The position numbers and the translations under genes are program-made. A DNA stretch of 64,000 nucleotides from Octopus sinensis (taxonomy: Eukaryota): positions 744,001 through 808,000 of the forward strand of contig NC_043020.1 in the NCBI RefSeq assembly GCF_006345805.1, in the 5' to 3' direction. Shown here piece after piece: positions 1 through 12,609 of the stretch. How positions within the stretch are numbered: the stretch's first letter is position 1; each line of letters opens with the position of its first letter. The notes under the pieces are model-generated. The model was not told the origin of the DNA and did no database searches. It saw nothing but the letters and a program-made list of their open reading frames with translations.

Positions 1-158
1 GTGTTTGTATGTGTGTGTGTGTGTGTATGTGGGTGCCTGTGTGTGTGTGTTTGTGTTTCTATTCATAGAGTTAATAAATATCTAGGTAGGAACTAAAATT
101 AGCCATGAACTTACAATATGAAATTGTTCTCCTGCTAAGACATTTAAATAATAATAAC

Positions 159-192
<34 letters not shown>

Positions 193-887
193 CGACCCCA
201 GTGCTCAAATAAATACCAGTTGAACACTAAAGTCAATGTAATCGACTTAATTCCCCCAAAATTGCTGGCCTTGTACCAAGATTTGAAGCCATTAATATCA
301 TCGTCTTCATTATTATTATTTTTATTATTTCTTGTACATGTCTTTAATAATAATAATGATACAAAAGAAAAGGAAGAAATCTAAAAGTACAATATTTCGG
401 CAATCAAAGAAAATAGTTTGTACCAAAATTGGCTGTGAAAGGAGTTCAGGTTCTTCCCCTCCACCACAAGATGGAACAATCCATTTAGGTAAAGGGGAAA
501 TATAATATTAAACCTACTGATAATGAAAAACATGAAGCTGCCACAGAATAGATAGATGAAAATTGAATTACAAAATTGACAGTTTGTGTTGGCTATCACT
601 ATCATTATTGCTCTCCCTCCGAAATCTATCCATGTGTGCTATCCAATCTTAAACTCATCGGAATGGTCGTATTTCTCTTCAGATAATCAATTTCTTTCAG
701 CTTTAACACTATTCTCTCTCAGCCTCTGTCTGTCTGTCTGTCTCTCTCTCTCGTTCCATCCTCCGACCCCCCTTGAACCACCCGGTATGCCATTAATTCT
801 CATCTTTGATAGGGAAACTCTCTCTATAATTTCTTCTCCTTCTCACTTTTCTGTTGGGTCTTTCGTTTCTAATGTAGATTCTACTGT

Positions 888-1010
888 CTACCTTCTTCCA
901 CTTATCATCCTCATTATTATTTTTACTATTATTATTATTATCATTATTATTATTAATATTATTATTAATATTATTACTATCATTATTATTATTATTATTA
1001 TTATTGTTAA

Positions 1011-1064
<54 letters not shown>

Positions 1065-1066
1065 CA
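888..1066. repeat. Compound (ATT/ATC)n microsatellite
   Basis: Direct reading; it explains the poly-Ile stretches in ORFs 586..1185 and 888..1127. Confidence 0.95.
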
Positions 1067-1261
1067 TAAGTGGTGGTGTTATTGCCAGCAATTTCATCAT
1101 TGTAAGCAGCAGAGCAATGAAGCTCACCGCCGTTCTTGTAAATTTATTCCATTATTCCATGCTTCCTGATGGTGTACCTTCATAGCTACTTTCTCTCTCC
1201 ATCACTCTCTATCTCTCTCTCTCTCTCTATCCATCTATCTATCCATCTACCTATCTCTCTC

Positions 1262-1296
<35 letters not shown>

Positions 1297-2009
1297 ATTT
1301 TTAGTCACATCTTTCTCACTCTCTCCCTCTCGCCACTGCCCTGCCCTCTTCTCCTTCCCCCTTCTATCACACTTTCGCCTCCTGCATATTCCATCTCTTC
1401 CTCCTCCTCCTCTTGCACTTTCACTTTCACACACACACACCACACACACACACACACACTGTATCCTGCTGGACTTTGGTCTATTTTCATAACTAGCAGC
1501 TGTCATTCCCAATCATTTTCTGTTCTCTTCATCCTCTTTTATTTTCAGAAATGTTATTTTCTACCATTAATGTAAATGATTTCTGTAGCTCATGTTCATG
1601 CATATCCACCCATGCATGACAGTGTACACACACACACAGACACACACTACACACACACACACACACACACCACTACACACACACACACACACACATGCAC
1701 ACTACTACACACACACGCACATACACACACGCTCTCGACCATACCATGCACACTTTGTCACGCATGACTGCACGTAAACGTGCATGAGTGAACACACCAC
1801 ACATGCATCACATTTTGTGTGCACTTCTCTAGCCACGCTTGCACACATTCCATGGTGCATGGAGAGCTACAGAACCAGCACGCATGCACACGCTCCCACA
1901 GACACATTAGATGTAATGTGTGTGTGTGTGTATCTATGTATGTATATGTGGGTGTTTGTTTACATGTATGCCCACATGCATATACACAATACACACCCAC
2001 CCATATATA

Positions 2010-2044
<35 letters not shown>

Positions 2045-2047
<3 letters not shown>

Positions 2048-2221
2048 CCAGTATATGTGTATGTGGGTGTATATACACTCACACATGCACACACATATGA
2101 ATATATATTATATATGGAGATAAGTAGATATTCATGTATATATAAATATATATCTGTATGTTATGTATATACACATATGCGTATGTATGTATTACATATA
2201 GTGATCAATAGATATGTTTGC

Positions 2222-2253
<32 letters not shown>

Positions 2254-2528
2254 ATACATGTGCTTTTATATATTTGTGTATATATAGTGTATTTATATCT
2301 GTGTGTATATATGTTTGCATATGTACATATATATATGTGTGTATGTATGCACACACATGCACACACACACACACACATACATACAAACACACACACATAT
2401 TTATGTGTGTGTATACATGTACTTATATATATATGTGTGTATATATAATGTATTATATTGTGTGTCTATATATTTTGTATTTATACGTATATATGTATGT
2501 CTGCACACACACACACACGCATGCATAT

Positions 2529-2570
<42 letters not shown>

Positions 2571-2768
2571 ATATATATAATATATATATATATATGAGCC
2601 AGTATATGGTATGTTGGGTGTATATACACTCACACATGCACACACATATGAATATATATTATATATGAGTAAGTAAGATATTAATGTATATATTAAATAT
2701 ATATTGTATGTTATGTAATACACATATGCGTATGTATGTATTACATATAGTGTCAATAAATATGTTGC

Positions 2769-2803
<35 letters not shown>

Positions 2804-3049
2804 AATACATGTGCTTTTATATATATGTGTATATATAGTGTATTTATATCTGTGTGTGATATGTTTGCAATGTACATATATGTGTGTATGTATGCACACA
2901 CATGCACAACACACACACACACATATTTATGTGTGTGTAAATGTACTTATATATATATGTGTGGTATATATAATGTATTATATTTGTGTGTCTATATATG
3001 TTTGTATTTATACGTTATATGTATGTCTGCACCACACACACACGCATGC

Positions 3050-3111
<62 letters not shown>

Positions 3112-3120
3112 CGTGTATGT
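2045..3120. repeat. Imperfect tandem duplication (~551-bp period) of a TA/TG/CA-rich low-complexity block
   Basis: GAGCCAGTATATG starts at both 2045 and 2596, and the downstream motif order is the same (CACTCACACATGCACACACATATGAATATATATTA, CATATGCGTATGTATGTATTACATATAGTG, ACATGTGCTTTTATAT). Confidence 0.85.
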
Positions 3121-3851
3121 GTATATATATATATGTGTGTGTATATATTTCCCACTCACTCCTGTGAGTTTTGCTTAGCGAAGTTAAATTAGGGAAAAAC
3201 TTGGCTTTGTTAAAATGATATCAGAACATTAGGGAGATAAATTGCCAAACATGGGTTATTGATTACTCTTACATGGTATAATGATAATATCACATAGTGT
3301 GATGTTATATTGTTATATCACATGATTCTCTTCTATAAAGTAATAGTAATATATATCTCATTATCGTAACATTGTTGACAAATATCTTTCTCGTATCCCC
3401 CCCGACTCGGTTTCTCATATTCTCTAGTTAACCGAATAAGTTTTGTTTTTGTTTTTTGGGTTTTTTTTTGGCGTTTTTCTTTGCTTTCTGCTTCTGAGAT
3501 TATATCATATTCCTTATTCATTGCTGAACCCCCCCGATATCAAATGTTGTGTTTAAATTAGGATTTTCTTCATTTCAAAGAATTTAATTCCTTTACAGTG
3601 ATATAAAGATGTCAGCAGGGACCACGGATTGTATGAATTATTAATTCCAGTTTATTCAAGCGTGTTTATTTCTTGCTATGGAGTCATTCATCTGGCTTCA
3701 GGCCCCAATAACGAGACAATACAAGTGCTGCAGCAGCCGTAATATAGCTATTTCAAGCCTATTTGGTGTCTCATAGCAGAAATCCTATATTCTTTCATTG
3801 TTGCATTGCCATATTTCAATATAAATATACATACATACAAATATATATCAT

Positions 3852-4200
3852 CATCATCGTTTAACGTCCGCTTTCCATGCTAGCATGGGTTGGACGGTTC
3901 AACTGGGGTCTGGCAAGCCCGAAGGCTGCACCAGGCCAGTCAGATCTGGCAGTGTTTCTACAGCTGGATGCCCTTCGTAACGCCAACCACTCCAAGAGTG
4001 TAGTGGGTGATTTTATGTGCCACCGACACAGGTGCCAGACGAGGCTGGCAGACGGCCATGCTCGGATGGTGTTTTTATGTGCCACCGACACAGGTGCCAG
4101 ACGAGGCTGGCTGACGGCCACGCTCGGATGGTGTTTTCTTATGTGTCACCGACACAGGTGCCAGACGAGGCTGGCGGACGGCCACGCTCGGATGGTGTTT
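3852..4200 (-). mobile_element. RTE-type short non-autonomous retroelement with 3 x ~62-bp internal tandem repeat
   Basis: Minus strand reads ...GTGGTTGGCGTTACGAAGGGCATCCAGCTGTAGAAACAC...CCAACCCATGCTAGCATGGAAAGCGGACGTTAAAC(GAT)n; tandem units start near 4011, 4073 and 4137. Many other copies of this family lie in the window. The RTE link (the GGAAGGGCATCC block resembles RTE 5' regions) is from memory. Confidence 0.8.
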
Positions 4201-4216
4201 GTAATATATATATATG

Positions 4217-4247
<31 letters not shown>

Positions 4248-4254
4248 ATGTATA

Positions 4255-4638
4255 TATTGTTTCAGTTATTAGACTGTAGCCGTGCTGAGGTAGTGCCTAG
4301 AAGAATCGGCACCAGTACTTAATTCTTTTGCTAAGCCTGTACTTATTCTATCAGTCTCTTTTGCTGAACCACTAAGTTGCATGAATGCAAACACACCAAC
4401 ACTGGTTGTCAAGTGGTAGTGGGGGACAAACACAAAGACAAACACACACACACACACATATACACACACATATATATGATGGCTTCTTCCAGTTTCTGTC
4501 TACCAAATCCACTCACAAGGCTTTGGTCGGTCTGAGACTATAGTAGAAGACACTTACCCAAGGTACGTACCATGCAATGGGATTGAACCCGGAACCATGT
4601 GGTTGGGAAGCAAGCTTCTTACCACACAGCTACACCTG
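4255..4638 (-). mobile_element. tRNA-derived SINE, family A (octopus OK/OR-type), diverged copy
   Basis: Reverse complement of the family A consensus: box A-like GCTGTGTGG, box B-like GGTTCAATCCC, CCTTGGG block, internal (TA/TG)n, TGAAACAA tail. Confidence 0.85.
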
Positions 4639-5542
4639 TGTCTATATATGTACACCTCAATTTAATGTCCACTTCTCCATGCTTGCATCAGACTGGTGAG
4701 ATATTGAGGATGCAGATTTTCCTGTTGACAACCCTCACCTGTTTCGAAGCAAGGTAATATATTTTCCATTGCTAGACGTTTTTCCATGGAAGAATGGAAA
4801 CAAACAACCCTGCTTGTATGTCAGTGATGCTCATTTACAACCCTCACATGATGTCTAGACAAGGTAAACACACAAACACACACACAAACAACAGTTTTCT
4901 TTCATTTTCTGCCTACCAGATCCACTCAAATGTATATGTATATATACAGACAGACACATATATATAGATATATATAATATATATATATAATATATATATA
5001 CAGACATATATATATATCTATATATATATATATATATATATATACAGACATATATATATATATATATAATATATACACATACATATACACACACGCACAG
5101 TGTTTTTAGTGGAGATGAAACTAATCAAAACAGATATAAATATAGATATTTTTCCTTTTTTTTATATCTATATTTTTTCTTTTCTTTTTTTTTTTTTGGT
5201 AATTTTTGTCTCCAAAGATAAAAGTCGTTTGAAATATGGTAATTTTATTAATATCTATCTACTCGATTTTTGGACATGTAACAATGGGAAAATAATTTGT
5301 GATTGAATCTTTGCCTCATGATCAACAGATCGACTGAAAACGAAATAAAACCATGCATGCACCGTATTCAAAGCAATTATGGACCCCCTTGCTGTAAAAG
5401 GTGTAATACTATAAAGGTGTCAGTACAGGAATGGATGTTATAAGAGGGCTTGTAACACAGTTGTAAATACAGCAAGCCAGCAAACATCACAGTGTTCAAA
5501 ATGTGTAAAAGGTCTCTTTCCCCCCCCCTCTCTCTCTTTTTT

Positions 5543-5574
<32 letters not shown>

Positions 5575-5593
<19 letters not shown>

Positions 5594-6035
5594 GTTTGTG
5601 AATGTATGTATGTATGTAAGTATAATTATGTATATGTGTGAGTGTATGTATGTGTGATTATATATATATATGTATGTGTGTGTATGTATGTATGTGTGAT
5701 TATATATGTATGTGTGATTATATATATATATATATATATGTATGTATATGTGTGTATGTATGTATGATTATATATATGTGTGTGTTCATGTATGTAAGTA
5801 TGATTATATGTGTGTGTATGTATGTATGTATGTATGATTATATGTGCATGTGTGTATGTATGTATGATTATATGTGCATGTGTGTATGTATGTATGATTA
5901 TATGTGTATGTGTATGTATAATTATATATATATATGTGTGTGTTCATGTATGTAAGTATGATTATATGTGTGTATGTATGATTATATATGTGTGTGTGTG
6001 TGCATGTATAAAAGTATGTATATATATGTGTGTGT
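5575..6035. repeat. Compound (TA)/(TG)/(TATG) microsatellite with a recurring TATGATTATA unit
   Basis: Direct reading. Confidence 0.9.
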
Positions 6036-6617
6036 GTGTTAATTTATATAAAAGCAAAGTTGAATACCTCAAACCTCAAAATCAGGCTGGCATTCTCTCT
6101 CTCTTTCTGTCTCTCCTTCTCCCTCTCTCCCTCTCTGTCTCCCTCCCTCTCCTCTCTCTCTCTCCCTCCCTCTCTGTCTCTCCTCTCTCGTTCTTTCTCT
6201 CTCTCTCTCTCATTCACACACACACACACAAAGCAATAAGCAAGGTCTAAGCCAGAAAAGAAAAGCAAAACATTAATGATAGACTTGTATCCTATCATTC
6301 AGAGATATCGGTGCGGAAAATTATACTTCAGTCCCTTACAATGATACCTTAAAACTGCCGTTGCTAACACCAAGAACTTCTTTTTGATCGCCTCCTGTAA
6401 TAAATCTAGTCTTGTGGATAGTTTGATGATCTTAAACCACCATATTTGCGCTTTAGTCAGTCTCCTTATACAGGTGGTTTGTGTGTGTGTGTGTGTGTAC
6501 GTGTGTGTATGTGTTTTGATATGTGTATGTATGTGTGAAGGTGGGTATTCAGTCTTCCTACTTTTAGAGTAGGTATATGGTCTGTATTAATTTGTATTGT
6601 ACTTTGCTATATATATA

Positions 6618-6683
<66 letters not shown>

Positions 6684-6828
6684 GAGAGAGAGATAGATAG
6701 ATAGATATACCACCCATACATGTACATACATATATATATAGATGTATCTAAACGTGTATATATATATAGACAGATATATACACACACACACATACATGTA
6801 CACATATATACAGATGTATCTAAGCATG

Positions 6829-6859
<31 letters not shown>

Positions 6860-6996
6860 ATAGATAGATAGATAGATATATACACACACACACACACACA
6901 CCATGTACATATATATATATATATATATATATAGATGTATATATATAAATAGATAGATAGAGAGATATACACACACACATACATGTATATATATAT

Positions 6997-7046
6997 ATCC
7001 TTCGAAACGTTTAGTAGATGAAATCTTAGCGACTGAAGAAGGGGAT
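6997..7046 (+). ncRNA. Candidate minimal hammerhead ribozyme, circularly permuted (stem II open) topology
   Basis: ATCCTTC-GAAAC-GT-T-TAGTAGA-TGAAA-TCTTAGCGA-CTGAAGA-AGGGGAT. Both conserved core segments are present, stem III is the palindrome AAACGTTT, and stems I and II are imperfect. Confidence 0.5.
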
Positions 7047-7241
7047 TTTTCGTTGTGCTTATTGTCCTGTATCTCTCCCTTTTTTTTTTGCTTGTCTTGT
7101 TCCTTGGTTTGTGTCTATGTGTTTCGTCTCTCTATGTGTTCGACGTCTTTTTGGTGTCCTGTACACATATATGCGTGTATATGTACATGTAGAGGTAGGT
7201 ACGTACATATATGTTTATATATGCATATATTCTATTTTATT

Positions 7242-7300
<59 letters not shown>

Positions 7301-8439
7301 GTATCTAAGCAGGTATATACACAGATATGTATATGTATGTTTGTTGATATATATTGATAAGTGTATGGTATATCGTATCTCTGTTTGAAAACTTTTAGTT
7401 GTATTCAGTTCTGTATTGTGTGTGTGTGTGTGTGTGTGTATGATGTAACATTTGTACTTTTAGCTGAAGCAGTGTGACGATGTATGTGTAGCATGTATGT
7501 GTATGCACGTGTGTCAAGGGTGTCTCTTCTTGTTGTGTGTATTGGTTTGTACTAAGTCTGTATAAGTATTTTTCTTGTGCATGCATCCATGTTCATGCTT
7601 GCGCCTTTGTCTGCATCTGTACGGTAGAATCCATTTTACCAATTTTTGTTATCAAAAGTTGAGAGAGAGAAACACTTATTCATCATTATTACTTTTTTGT
7701 TTGTTTTTTTTTCAATTTTTTTTTTTTTTTTTTTGGCATTATTTTTCTATCTCCAAAACTCTCTTTTCTCGCAAAAGATGTCAAGCAAAGCAAAGGCAGA
7801 CACTTTACAGATACAGAACTTATTTATAACACATTTTTATATACCAAGCCACCGATAAATTTCCATTGTCTTCTTTTTATACGTTGCCGATGCCGACAGC
7901 TTTCCAAAGTCTCTAGATGATGCGAGAAAGAACTGAAAGACTTTTCACACCTCTACTTTTCAGTTAATTGTTCTCTGCCGGAGCACTTTTAGAATGGTGG
8001 TGGCAGTGGTGATGTCCACAGTAGTAGTAATAGTAGTAGTAGTAGTAGTTAGTAGTAGTAGACATCTTTGATGGCCTTTGCGTTAGGTTCTCCTTTTGTA
8101 TTATGGTATGGTTTATTCATAGAATGTATTGAAAATTTTCCCCTGACCCTACAATAATGAAAACGAGTGTTGAGCATTGGCGTATATTTTTCACTGTTCA
8201 GTTGGTTCTTTAGAAAGAAAGCAGTCCTTTGAATAATATTCTTTTCCTTGTTCCTGTAGTACATGACGCGTGTATTTTGAGATTTTAGCACCTTCAGAAT
8301 GGGAAGAGGTGGGAGTGGAGTGGGAGAAGAAGAAAGAGGAGAGGAAAGTATTATTTATTTGTGAAGTATTGATATCTACTCAGAAAAGACATGTCTTGCT
8401 TATAGGGAAATCTCTATCACTTTGCTTTGCAAACAGGTG

Positions 8440-9185
8440 AAGGTTGGGGACAGGAAGCACGTCCAGCCGTAGGAAAATCTGCCTCGAGAAATTCCATCTG
8501 ACCTGTGCAATCATGAAAAAGTCGACATGAAATGATGATGATGGTGGTGGTAATGGTAGTGGTTGGCAACAGCAAGAGCATCCAGTCATGCAAAATCTGC
8601 CTCGAGAAATTCCATCTGACCTGTGCAATCATGGGAAGTGGACATAGGCGCAGGAGTGGCTGTGTGGTAAGTAATTGCTGACCAACCACATGGTTCCGGG
8701 TTCAGTCCCACTGCATAGCATCTTGGGCAAGTGTCTCCTGCTATAGCCCCGGGCTGACCAATGCCTTGTGAGTAGATTTGGTAGACGGAAACTGAAAGAA
8801 GCCTGTCGATATATGTATATATTATAATATATATATAATAATATATATATATGTATGTGTTTGTGTGTCTGTGTTTGTCCCCCTAGCATTGCTTGACAAC
8901 CGATGCTGGTGTGTTTGCATCCCCATCACTTAGTGGTTTGGCAAGAGAGACCGATAGAGTAAGTACTGGGCTTACAAAGAATAAGTCCCGGGGTCGATTT
9001 GCTCGACTAAAGGCGGTGCTCCAGCATGGCCGCAGTCAAATGACTGGAACAAGTAAAAGAGTATGAAATGATGATGATGGTGGTTGGCAACAGCAAGAGC
9101 ATCCAGTCGTACAAAATCTGCCTCGAGAAATTCCGTTAAATTCATGCAAGTATGGAAGAGCGTATATTGCTGTGATGATGATAAG
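8440..9185 (+). mobile_element. Head-to-tail trimer of a short RTE-type element; second unit interrupted by a family A SINE
   Basis: The unit GTTGG(G/C)ACAG(G/C)AAG..CA(C/T)CCAG...AAAATCTGCCTCGAGAAATTCC...(GAT)n recurs, with the AAAATCTGCCTCGAGAAATTCC core at ~8474, ~8593 and ~9113. Confidence 0.7.
8647..9062 (+). mobile_element. tRNA-derived SINE, family A, full length
   Basis: GGCGCAGGAGTGGCTGTGTGG (box A), GGGTTCAGTCCC (box B), CTTGGGCAAGTGTC block, internal (TA)/(TG) linker, tail GGCGGTGCTCCAGCATGGCCGCAGTCAAATGACTGGAACAAGTAAAAGAGT. Confidence 0.93.
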
Positions 9186-10094
9186 GAAGAGGCGGAGGTG
9201 TTGGTGGTGGCAGTGGTGGTGGTGATGGTTTATCAAATATGGGTTTATTTTTCTAGGTTGGTGTATTGGCAACGGTGAGGAACTATAATTGCTGCTGTTT
9301 GAATGAATGATACGTTAACGATGCTATGCTTATTTAAAGGCAACATGATGTTTACTATAATTGCGATGGTCCTCAAAGATATTTGGTAAGCTTTAGAAAA
9401 CTTCTGTGTAGGCGCTGGATTGATGGTTTTAGTTAATAACGCTGCTTATATGTTTATCCGAACAAATTGAGTGGAAGTTATGTTATTAGTGAAGCAGCAC
9501 CTCTGTTACTCTTTAGGAAGACAAACAAAGTTGAATGGAGTTGGAATATTTATTTCATGATGCTTAACACTAATGGATGAAGTAATTCTGGGGGAGGGAA
9601 TGAGGGGAGGAGGGAGTTGTAGAAGGACGTCTATCAAAGGTTCTCAACTGGGGGTTTTGTTTTATTGTTTTTCCTATCATGGATCTCATTGATTTACCGA
9701 ATATTTCAATGCTTCAATGGAGCATAAAATCAATTTAAATTAAACCAAAAATTAAGCTGAGCAAATTCAATCAAAAATCAGCCATCGTAACCTAATGGAA
9801 AAATAATTAAAAATAAACAAATGCTTCAGTGCATGCTAGCAGACCCGACTGTTTAATACTACTCTTATACTTGGTAGGGTTTGTCTGTGACCCCTATTTG
9901 AGGATTATTGACATTGGGGTCTGGATTCCGTCTCACTGTGTGGCACTTTGGGCAAATGTCTTCTACTATAGCCTCAGGCCAACCAAAGCCTTCTGAGTGG
10001 ATTTGGTACACCGAAACTGAAAGAAGCTAGGTGTGTGTATATATATATATATATTCTTTTTTATGTTTCAACCATGAGGCAGAGTGTGTATGTA

Positions 10095-10138
<44 letters not shown>

Positions 10139-10711
10139 CTTTATTTGTAAATTAAGGCTATCATTGGTTTCTTGTTAAGAAGAGTAGGAAATTATCCTAG
10201 TATCTTAACAATTTTAAGATACTATAATAATTTCCTATGCTTCTTAACATGAAACCAATGGTAGCCTTAATTCACAAGTACAGAAATTATATATCCACCA
10301 ATGTGGTGTTGAGCACTCATTTCATCATTCCACATTTACATATGTAATTGAAAACCCAAGAGGAGAAATTTATTCACATCCAAAATTTTTATAAATAAGT
10401 TTTCTACGGCATGTATTACAATGACCAACATGTGTTTCTACTGCTGCAGCTGCACATTGCCCTGTATGCAGTTATGCATCCTAGATGCTGCAATTTCATC
10501 CAGGGTCCAATTCAAACATGATTCCTTTGTTGGTACTTAGTTGAAGGGGATAGCGTTACTTTTTAAATCAGATTGAATTCTGGTCTTATAATCGCCTCTA
10601 CTGGTATTACAGTTGAATCATGGTTTTACAATATTTATTTATATTACAGTTAATTGTAGTAGTTTTATTTACAAAGAGACAAACAAGGAGAGAAAAAATA
10701 TATAGAAGTAC

Positions 10712-11124
10712 TCATATATAGAAGTACTCCCTATTCTCTGAGGTAACCTTACATCTGTATATGACATTTTTATACCTACAATTAGAGTTAAGCAGACAGA
10801 CCCTGTTCCTTGTGCAGTCACATTTTATAGTTCTACTACTCCTATTAATAGTATCCACTTCACCTTCTCTAGATGTGATTTCTATATTATCCTGTCTATC
10901 TTCTAAGCTATTAGTCTTTTGCGCATAAACAACATTCTGAGTACTGTGCTTTTTAGACTTCACATCTACTTCTAGGCTAACGGGGGAGTTCACTCAGGTC
11001 TCTTCTATTCTATTGGTTGTCAAACCATAGTTCCTCTCCTGATACCTAGTTGTGTTACTTATGGTTTGTTCACTCATGTTGACATTGTTGCTATTTATTG
11101 ATCTACAATTATAATTCTGGTTAC

Positions 11125-11162
<38 letters not shown>

Positions 11163-11500
11163 TTATTGTTCATATGGAAACTGTTCAATTTACTAGCATT
11201 GTGTGTGGCTGTAATTTGTGCTAGATTTTTACTATTAGAAAAAGCCAATCTAATTCAATGTTTATTAGAAATTGTACAGCATTTACTGTCTTTTGAAATA
11301 TGCTTAGTCAATGCCAAATAAAACAATTTTGGTATATTGGAAATTATTTGTTTTCCCAAAGGGAATTATATACCATTCGATACAGCTAGAGGTATTAATA
11401 TTATTGAGGTGTTTAGTTCTATTTCTACCTAAGCTTTTTGTAAATGTGTGTAATCTGTTTATCTGGTTCTTATTACAGCATTGGGTTTGTTTGCTATTAT
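10712..11500 (-). pseudogene. Decayed Penelope-like element ORF: post-RT linker plus start of the GIY-YIG endonuclease
   Basis: Across one frameshift and two stops the minus strand gives IEWYIIPFG/KQIISNIPKLFYLALTKHISKDSKCCTISNKH*IRLAFSNSKNLAQITATHNASKL, then a poly-Asn microsatellite expansion, then CDCTRNRVCLLNSNCRYKNVIYRCKVTSENREYFYI. This matches the PLE pattern IIWFNPP..K.FL.LI.KHFP...SYS..N...II..HN and CxC...CPL...C....(G/V)IY...YIG as I recall it. Confidence 0.8.
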
Positions 11501-11507
11501 ATTTGAT

Positions 11508-11880
11508 ACTAGCAGTATCGCCCGGCGTTGCTCGGGTTTGTAAGGGAAATAACTATAAAGCATTTTTAGAGAGTTATAGCCAAAAAAATGGAAAAAAAAT
11601 GATGGTAAATTTTTTTTTAGTTAAAAAGGTCGAGTTGCGTCCTCTAGACAGTCTGTGGTTTGTGTTCTGATTCTCGACCCCCATGTCGAATTTATCGTTT
11701 TTTTCAGGAACTGGGGGAATTTTCAAAATTTTTGCCTGCGTTAGTTTTGAATTATGACATTGGGCTACGTGTGTGTCAAGTTTCATCAGAATCGGTTGAA
11801 AGCCGTGGTCAGAGTGAGGGTACAACCTAACAGACACACAGAAACACACACAGACAAACTGCCGTTTATATATAGAGAGA
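11508..11880 (+). mobile_element. Non-autonomous Helentron/HINE (Lep1/DINE-1-like) element inserted in the PLE remnant
   Basis: 5' ACTAGCAGTAT followed by the hairpin CCCGG-CGTTGC-TCGGG; 3' (ACAG/AC)n tract, short inverted repeat AAACTGC (vs 5' GCAGTAT) and a TATATAGAGAGA end; it sits between two T residues (TTTGAT|TGTTT) with no TSD. Confidence 0.75.
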
Positions 11881-12609
11881 TGTTTATCAGTTATTTGTAT
11901 AGTAGTCTTTACAGAGCTTATGTATTGTTTGGCTCCCCTATCTGAATGGGATCTCTTAGTAGGTCCATTCATATCTAAGCCACTTTGAACTTTATTTGGC
12001 GCATAAATATGTATGTATGTGTGTGTGTCTTTGTGTCTATGTTTGTCCCCCCACCACCACCTGACAACTGGAGTTGGAGTGTTTAAGTTAAGTTAGGTTA
12101 ATTTTTTGGCTCAAAAAGCAAAAAGCAAGGCCATGTAGGGGGACATGGAGTTATGTACAGGGTGGTGTTCATGCAAAGAGTTCAGGCCATTTGTGGTCAA
12201 GGGAGACTTTGAACCGAGCGGTCGTCGGCATCTTCACTATCTCGTCTGGCAGCTTATTCCATGGATCCCTGTAACTTAGTGGTTCAGCAAAAAAGACCAA
12301 TAGAATAAGTACCAGGTTTTAAAAAGACAATAAGTACTGGGATCAATTCATGCAAATAAAAATCTTCAAGGCAGTGCCCCAGCATGGCCGCAGTCTAATG
12401 ACTAAAACAAGATAAAAGATAGGAGAATGTACACTGAAATTGATAGAGGTAACATGGCCAAATGGATTAGATATAGGGTCTGCAGGGTTACCATATTTGA
12501 TGGCACAAATGACACATGGGCATATTAGATGCACCTAAATTGTGCATTCAAGAAAGAAGGTTTTAATGCATCAAAGTATATAATATAGACCCAACTGTGC
12601 ATATAGAAC

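Noticed and set aside
3390-3540. GAAAC-CGA-GTC-GGGG on the minus strand (hammerhead 3' half)
   Set aside because: No matching CUGANGA segment or stem I partner could be found upstream.
9253-9450. Exon-like segment with AG/GTAAG borders
   Set aside because: Stop codons in all three frames; no other support.
10994-10996. Single in-frame TGA joining two ORFs (possible selenocysteine or read-through)
   Set aside because: The frame is a decayed Penelope ORF with another stop and a frameshift nearby, so a nonsense mutation is the simple explanation.
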